Part shown: positions 57,505-64,000 of the stretch, piece by piece
How the letters are laid out: every line of letters begins with the position of its first letter
Position numbering within the stretch: position 1 is the first letter of the stretch
Source of the DNA: Rebecca billardiae RCC1528
Taxonomy: Eukaryota; Protista; Haptophyta
Assembly: GCA_965240325.2 (NCBI GenBank)
Contig: OZ251230.1
Span: forward strand, 248,001-312,000
Direction of reading: 5' to 3'
DNA length: 64,000 bases
Notes under the pieces: model-generated
What the model saw: the letters and a program-made list of their open reading frames with translations, nothing else
The model's database searches: none
Told to the model about the DNA's origin: nothing
Position numbers and translations under genes: made by a program

Positions 57505-57809
57505 GTCTCATGGCGCTCTCTGCAGTCTGCCGCTCGCATTGATGTGTCTCGTCGTGCACGACGTATGGCAATGCGCACACGTCGTGGTCCCAGTCGGCAG
57601 TCGCAGCGCAGATAATGATCCGCCTGGGGCGCCGCCCTGCTTGCGGACATTCCGCGGCGCCGCACGGGTCACGTGAATTGACGCTTGACGCGCGCGTTGA
57701 AACGCTCACTATACAGTACGCGGTCGAGGCAGAGCGGCCGCGGCCGCGGCGGGATGATTGTGTATAGTCAAAAAAGAAATCGAGTCGTGATGACAATTCA
57801 GTGAATATA

Positions 57810-59831
57810 TGATTGAACTTTTTTCAGGAATGCGCACCAGAAAAAGCCTTAACAACCCGCTGGAGTTTCGCCGTCAAATCTCGAGCCGGCCCGCCACTGG
57901 CGGAAACGCCACGATGCGGGCCTTCTTCCTCGTCGACCGCACGTGCGCTCTCGCGATCGTGCGACGAGATGCGGGCAGATCGACCCGCTCTTCCTGATCG
58001 GATGCCGATATCACTCTCAGGTACGCTCGCTCGCGGGCGCGCACCCGTCTCCTCGCCGCCCTCGTCGAGCACGAGCCGATCTGCAGCAGATGTTGCAGCT
58101 CCGAGTGCCAGCTCGCCGCATTGGCCGTGCTTGCGCGCGCGCGGCACGGGCGACACAAAAATGGTTAGAGGCGACCTTCGCGCGCATTCCGTTCTTTGTT
58201 GGTGTTACCCTTGAGACCCGGACGAGGTCGCCTCTAACTAACGCTTTCGCTCTTCGCCGCTGCGTGCGCGCGCAAAGGAGCACTGCAAAGGCAGTGCACA
58301 GGCAGATGCAGTGAGCATTTCTGCTCGTGGGCGGCCTCCATGGCCTCGAGCGTGGTGACGAGCGCGCCGGTGACCACCGCGTGGTCCACCTTGGTGGCGC
58401 CGGACAGTCCGGCCGACCCTCGCCGGACTCCACCCTTGCTGCGCGCTGACTGTTTGCCGGTCGTGCAGCTGCGCCGCCAGCCCGCTCGGCGCGAGCGGCG
58501 AGCGGCCACATGGTGACACAAGATGGTCGAAGGCGTGGCAGCGCGGTGGTGCGTGCGATCGGGGGACCCCACCTGAGCTACGACACGGGCGCGCGCGCTC
58601 GTCCGTGCTCATCACGGTGGTGGACGCGCGCGTCACGCGCTCGTCGGCTGTCGCGCGCTGACCGAGTTGCCAGGCTGCATTTTGGTGTCTGCGGCGGCCA
58701 CAGCTCGCCGGTACGGGCCCTATGGTGGCAGCGAGTGGTACGCGGCGTTGTACTAGGTCCGCGCGCGCCACGCACGACGCTCGGCAGGCTCGCCCTCGGA
58801 CCATTGGCTGAGCCCTACTCGCCGCGCGCGCCGCGCGCAGCAGCCGCTCGGCAGCTGCTCCGGGCGCGAAGCGCGCCCCGCGCGCTGCACGTGGGCGCGA
58901 CGAGGTGGTGTAGCGAGCGTGCGCGAGTGTGTGCGCGTGATGGGCACCACCATGGCGCTACTTGCCATGCACATCTGCCTCTCGCCACGCCTTCGACACG
59001 ATAGCTGCGACTGCTGCTCGGAGGTGCGCTCGAGCGCTCGCACGCGTTTGAATCTGGGCTCGGCGGCGACCGCGTGGGCGAGGGGCAGCGCGGTGCACGG
59101 TGGCGGAGCGCGTGCGGAGCGCAGCCTACACCTCCTACACGCTCCATCCAGACACATCGCGCATGCTCGCGCGACCTCCTCGGTCCATCACGCACGCGTG
59201 CGCGCGCGAGCAGGTTTGCAGCTGCCGGGCGCAAGCACGGCGCGCCGCGTTGGCGCGCGCGCACCGATACCCGTGCGCAGCTCGACGAGCGAGCGCGGTG
59301 TGTTTCGATGCGTATGGGGAGGCTCGAATTTACGCGCGCGCACGCGCCGGCCCTCGCCGCCCCTTCGCTCGCCCACGCCTCATCTGCGCGCTTGGCGTTT
59401 GCACGCAGCTGCTCATCCTTTCCAACACGTGCACAAACGAGCAGATGGCGCTGGGCGAGGTCGATTGGTGCGTCAGATATTCGGCAACGACCAGGCCCGC
59501 TTGTGTGCCGCCGCTCGTGCTACTCTCGACGACCACCTCTGGCTCGGTCGCGCGCACGAGGCTGCTCGCGGCCGAATCGTGCCGTGTACCGTCAAGCTGT
59601 ACCGTGCGCGGCGAGGCGCACTCAGACGTCGGCGTGGGCTGGCATGCAATCGGCCAACAATCAGCGTCGACGAACGAGCATGTCGCGAGCATGGTTTGGC
59701 CCACTTCCTGGCGCGCACGAGCCGCTCCAAGGCGCGCAAGGGCGCATAACCGCCGTCGTGGCCGCCGACCCCATCTTGGGCCGCGCGGGTTGTTAAGGCT
59801 TTTTCTGGTGCGCATTCCTGAAGAAAGTTTA

Positions 59832-59835
<4 letters not shown>
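57810..59835. mobile_element. ~2-kb TIR element inserted in (TA)n
   Basis: ~51-bp TIR TGATTRAACTTTYTTCAGGAATGCGCACCAGAAAAAGCCTTAACAACCCGC at 57810-57860 and 59785-59835 (2 mismatches), with TA repeats outside both ends. Confidence 0.85.
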
Positions 59836-59888
<53 letters not shown>

Positions 59889-59960
59889 GTGTGTGTAGTA
59901 TTAATATATATATATATATATTATGATATATATATATGTGTGTGTAGTATTAATATATAA
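59836..59960. repeat. (TA)n/(TG)n microsatellite
   Basis: Read directly. Confidence 0.9.
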
Positions 59961-61924
59961 AACTCTGCCCTGGCGGGCGGGGGGGTCGGCGGGCCGTGCC
60001 AGTGCTGTCGCAATATTTCCCCAGCGGGTTCGCGCCTTTTATTTAGCGGTTTGACGGGCAGGATGACGAATAACAATGCGACACACAGATGATGGTGAGC
60101 TACCTGACTCACTGACGAATAATAACGCGACAGCATCTCCTCCTGCCGCCAGCTGAGATCGTGTGTCGCGAGGATGCCGATGTCCGCTCCGGGCACGATG
60201 GGCTCGGCGAAGGTCGCGTCGGCGTCGTGCACGGCCGCCACGCTGCGCAACAACGCGTCCAGGTCCAAGCGCTCGTCGGCGCTCGCCGCTTCGCGCGACA
60301 GGTCCGGCACCCGCACGTTCGGCGGTATCAGGAGCTGTCGGCGGTGCGCGCGCGCGCAGTGCGAGAGCGTGTGCCACTCGCGATCGAGGGTGGGCACGCG
60401 CTGCTCGAGCAGGCACAGGAAGCGCAGCGCATGTGCCACTGGCTTCACGACGTCGGCCTCGTCCCGCAGCGCTCGTGACATGGTGGAGGATGGGGCGACA
60501 ATGTTGCACGCTCTGCGTTTCAGCTCGTGGCGGATGCGCCTCTGGGATCGGTCATAGCGCTGTGCGACGAGGGCCGCCGACTCGCCAAGACGCGGTTCCT
60601 GCCACGGCGACAGACACGGCAGCTGCGTTCGCTGCGCCTCGTACGCCGCTTTGCGCTGCGCCTCCGTCGCATTGGTCACCGTCGACGCCATGCTGAAGGC
60701 CGGACGTGGGCTTTCGGCTGTGAGGGACCGCGAGCGCCGAGCGATATCTTTGGCCGCGATCGCGAAAGATGATCGCCGGGACAAGGGCCGGCCCTTCGGC
60801 GGTTGGCCGGGAACTGGTACAGCTGTGAGCTGTAGCAAACGGATTTGCATGCGCCCGACCTTGTCACCGCGGGGCACGCGACAGTCCGGTGTGTGGATTC
60901 CGGTTATGGTGTTCAGAAGGCCGCGCCAAATTTTGCGTCGCGTGCGATGGCGCTTCCCGCCCGCGAGACACCTCGTGATGAGGGCCTTTCCGCACCGAAC
61001 TCGACGCGCGGCGGTGAATCGAGCGAGGCGGCCATCGTGCGCAGCGCGTGATGCTATGGTCCGTGCGAGCGCTCGACGTGCAAGTCGGGCGAGGACCGCC
61101 CCAGGTCACACGATCGTGTCGACGCGCCGAGCGTACCTCCAAACGCGTCGACTTTGGCCCCCGTTCGACCTGCACGCGAGACGACGAGGGCAGCAATCGC
61201 GAATCGGGCGAAAACCCCCCTCGGGAGTCCTCTCACGATGTCCGCGCCGGCGTTGGATCTGGCGCGCGCCGCCCACGCGCTCCGCGCCAGGCGCCAGATG
61301 GTTTTCGGCCGAGCGTCCCCAGTGGGAGCTGCGAGGGCGCCCGGTAGTGAGCGAAGCGACCCGGCAGTGAGCGAGGCGATTTTCTTTTCTTTGCGAGGCG
61401 ATTTTCTTTTTCCTGTTTCTTTTTCTTATCTTTTTCCCGGGCACTACAAGGGGCGGACCTACGGCCCGCCATTAAGGCGATGGCCGCGCCACTGCAATCG
61501 TCGGACATCGGACTCCATTTCGGACTACCAGCATCGGTGCTTGCAAGCGGGCAAGCCCGCGTAGTCTGCCAGTCTCGGACCGGCGGCCCCGAGCGCGGGC
61601 GGCCGCCGGGCGCGGGCGGCACGGGTCCGGTCAGTCGCTCCGCGCCCGGGACGATCAGCGCCAGGCTTGGGCGGGAGTTTGCAAGCTGCAGCATCAACGT
61701 CTACGAGCCGTAGGGCTACAGTAGGCTGCTCGAGTGCGGAATGGCTGTGCCTGGCGTTGAGCTGGCCGGGCCATTGAAGCGCGCCCGTTCTCGACTCCTC
61801 GAGTCCTCAGGCCTTGCGATGGCTATCACGCCCAGGATGGTCCGACGGGTCGTCTGCCGCGAAGCGCGGCTCGTGACAGACCGGCACCGAGCCACGGCTA
61901 CCTCAAGATCCGCGCGTGCGCCCC

Positions 61925-62717
61925 TCAATGGCCTTTGCCGCCCGCTTTCTCGCGCTCGAACGCGTTGATGGCCTCAAAGGCGATCAGCATCTGCAGCACG
62001 TTGGTCATCTGCTTGAAGGCAAAGATGGGTGCGCACACGAGGACGGACATGAGCACCGCGGATATTTGGACCTCGCCAGCACCGAAAGGCGGGCGCACCG
62101 TCGCTAGTACCGGGCCCTGAACGAAGGCAAGCAGGTACAGGCTCCTGTGCAACGGGGCGCCGGGGTTGTCGGGCACGGGCGCAGCGTGAGGCGGCGGCCG
62201 CGGCGGCAGCGTGGGCATCATGCATGCTGCCGGCGCCGGCGGGCGCGTTGCGCGCGGCGCACATGTAGAAGAGCTCGTTGCCCGCGCACACGAAGAAGAG
62301 CACGGGCTTGTGGTAGTACAGCCGCACGATCCAGTTGGAGGAGGACTTGTGTGTGCTCGCCAGCTGCAGCACCGACGCGTACACGTGCGACCAGTGGCTG
62401 AAGATGTCGAGCGTGATCAGTGCGCTGAAGTGGACGAGATAGGCAGGGTACAGGTGGGCGAGCACGACACACAAGCTTGCCGTCGCCGTGCGATCCGTCA
62501 CCATGTCAAGCACCGCGCCGAAAAGCGAGGACTGGTTGAGCGCGCGCGCAGCGTACCCATCCGCCGCGTCGAGCAGCGCAGAGACAAAGTAGCAAGCGAG
62601 CGAGCCGCGATAGTTCGAGATCGCAAAGTAGAGAGCCACCAGATTGAGCGCGATCCGCACGTAGCCGATGATGTTCGGTACGTAGAGGTACACGGGCCAT
62701 GCTGACGTCCGCGCCAT
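61925..62717 (-). CDS. PIS1: CDP-diacylglycerol--inositol 3-phosphatidyltransferase
   Basis: YVPNIIGYVR, LLDAADGYAAR..NQSS.FGAVLDMVTDR, LDIFSHW, CAGNELF. Intron 62262-62145. Confidence 0.94.
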
Positions 62718-62836
62718 GCTGCAGTCCAGCGCGCCGGGTGGCACCGCTCAGCCGCGACGACCGGTCTTCAGTTCGCAAGCGCAACGTGATTGGGCGACGA
62801 AGCGCAGAATTGCCCACGGACGACAAGCCGGCAGCC

Positions 62837-63802
62837 ATGCCTGCCATGGCATCCATCCGCCCGGTATGGATGTTGATGTTGATGTGCGCTCGCACGGCCG
62901 AGTCGCGCGCGTGCTCGAGCGATGACGTGGCGTTTCCCAAGGTGACAAACACATGGTCGCTGCGCGAGGGGCAATCTGTCGTCAGTGCAGCCATGACGAT
63001 CGACGTCCAAGTCGAGTCGAACGCGTGCCTCGTGACGCGCGCGTTCAAGAGCATCGCGCACAGGCCGGTACAGGCCAAGTCCGTGAGGGTGACCGGCGGC
63101 TTCAGCGGAACCGTCCCTAGAGCTGTTACCCATCGCGTGTACGAGGACAACGGCTGGACGATGCTCGAGGTGCAGTTTGGCCGCTCGCTCTTTGTCGGGG
63201 AGACATTCCACATCCGTGCAGAGTACGAGCTGTCGAGCCCGCTGTGTGCCGTCGAGAGAGGCGTGGTGCGGTTCCATGAGGACTGGACGCACAAGTGGCG
63301 CGTGCCAGGCAATGTTGGCGTCCTCGAGTACACTTTGTGCAGCGCCCACGGGGCACGCTCCCCCACTCTACGCTCCTCTGGGTTTGGGCCTGGCTCGTCA
63401 CAGCGCACCGGGTGCCTCCACTGGCAGAGGAACGCGCCCGTTTCTGGCGCCGAGTTCGAGCTGGTGCTACCCCAAGGGCAGTCGGTGCCGCTAGGGATGC
63501 GCAGCTGCGGCTACGTGCACCCAGAGCTCATCGCCATCATCGTGGCCGCCGTGTCCTTGGTCATCGGCGGCATCGTCGCGGCGGCCTATTATCGGATCCA
63601 CAGCCGGTGCCCGGCTTGCCTTACGCCGTGGCGGCGCAAGGCAACAGCAACGGCACAGCCACCACCGCCGGCGTATGACGAGGCCATGCGGGCACGGGCT
63701 GCCCCGTCGGCGCGAGCGCCTCCGCCGTATGCGCATCCAGGAGCAGCAGTAGGTTACGCCGCCTCTACTTATTCGATCAATCCAAGAATAACTGCTGATT
63801 GA
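62837..63802 (+). CDS. Type I membrane protein of unknown function
   Basis: Signal-like N-terminus, Cys-containing ectodomain, TM LIAIIVAAVSLVIGGIVAAAYY, tail with PPAY and PPPY. Confidence 0.75.
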   Translation: MPAMASIRPVWMLMLMCARTAESRACSSDDVAFPKVTNTWSLREGQSVVSAAMTIDVQVESNACLVTRAFKSIAHRPVQAKSVRVTGGFSGTVPRAVTHRVYEDNGWTMLEVQFGRSLFVGETFHIRAEYELSSPLCAVERGVVRFHEDWTHKWRVPGNVGVLEYTLCSAHGARSPTLRSSGFGPGSSQRTGCLHWQRNAPVSGAEFELVLPQGQSVPLGMRSCGYVHPELIAIIVAAVSLVIGGIVAAAYYRIHSRCPACLTPWRRKATATAQPPPPAYDEAMRARAAPSARAPPPYAHPGAAVGYAASTYSINPRITAD

Positions 63803-64000
63803 TTTATTTCAATGAATGATGCGACGCGGGGCCCGGAGTCCGGACGGATCATGCGACGGCACTGAGTCTGATGATGGACTCACTGGACTCACTGAGACTG
63901 GAGGAGTCGGTCGGGCTCGCGAGGATATGAGCCATCATCGCATGCTCGTCAATATAGCATGCTGCTGCTAATTATAAATTAAGGTGCCCCCGGGCCCGGA

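Noticed and set aside
59921-61445. 318-aa minus-strand ORF or a further transposon
   Set aside because: No recognisable motifs, the ORF runs into a microsatellite, and no matching TIR pair was found.

Overview
This is nuclear DNA from a very GC-rich, intron-containing eukaryote. The compact genes, GTGCGC...GCGCAG introns, one GC-AG intron and (TA)n spacers suggest a haptophyte-like alga (inference). About 24 protein genes can be supported, many spliced by eye: DEAD-box helicase, atypical kinase, Trm9/ALKBH8 methyltransferase, Strawberry notch, a giant NO VEIN/sacsin-type ATPase, a disrupted SGNH/PC-esterase, alkenal reductase, carotenoid oxygenase, organellar uL13 and uS9, sirtuin, alanine aminotransferase, HIG1, eS12, Deltex, an ARM-TIR-SAM protein, an MFS-hydrolase fusion, HAD-ankyrin, CAF16-like ABC ATPase, Fcf2, PI synthase and several unknowns. 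Five TIR-bounded non-autonomous DNA elements and several dispersed short repeat families lie between the genes. Leading novel candidates: (1) the sacsin/NOV ATPase, once spliced, ends in a J-like motif plus a catalytically dead RNase III-like domain; (2) a SARM1-like ARM-TIR-SAM gene sits head-to-head with a WWE-Deltex ligase, a possible NAD+/ADP-ribose signalling pair; (3) non-coding DNA carries a pervasive micro-insertion signature; (4) a dispersed element end has a covarying hairpin; (5) a CCD plus ene-reductase tandem; (6) an MFS fused to a pseudo-hydrolase. Domain calls rest on motif recognition only; no searches were run.
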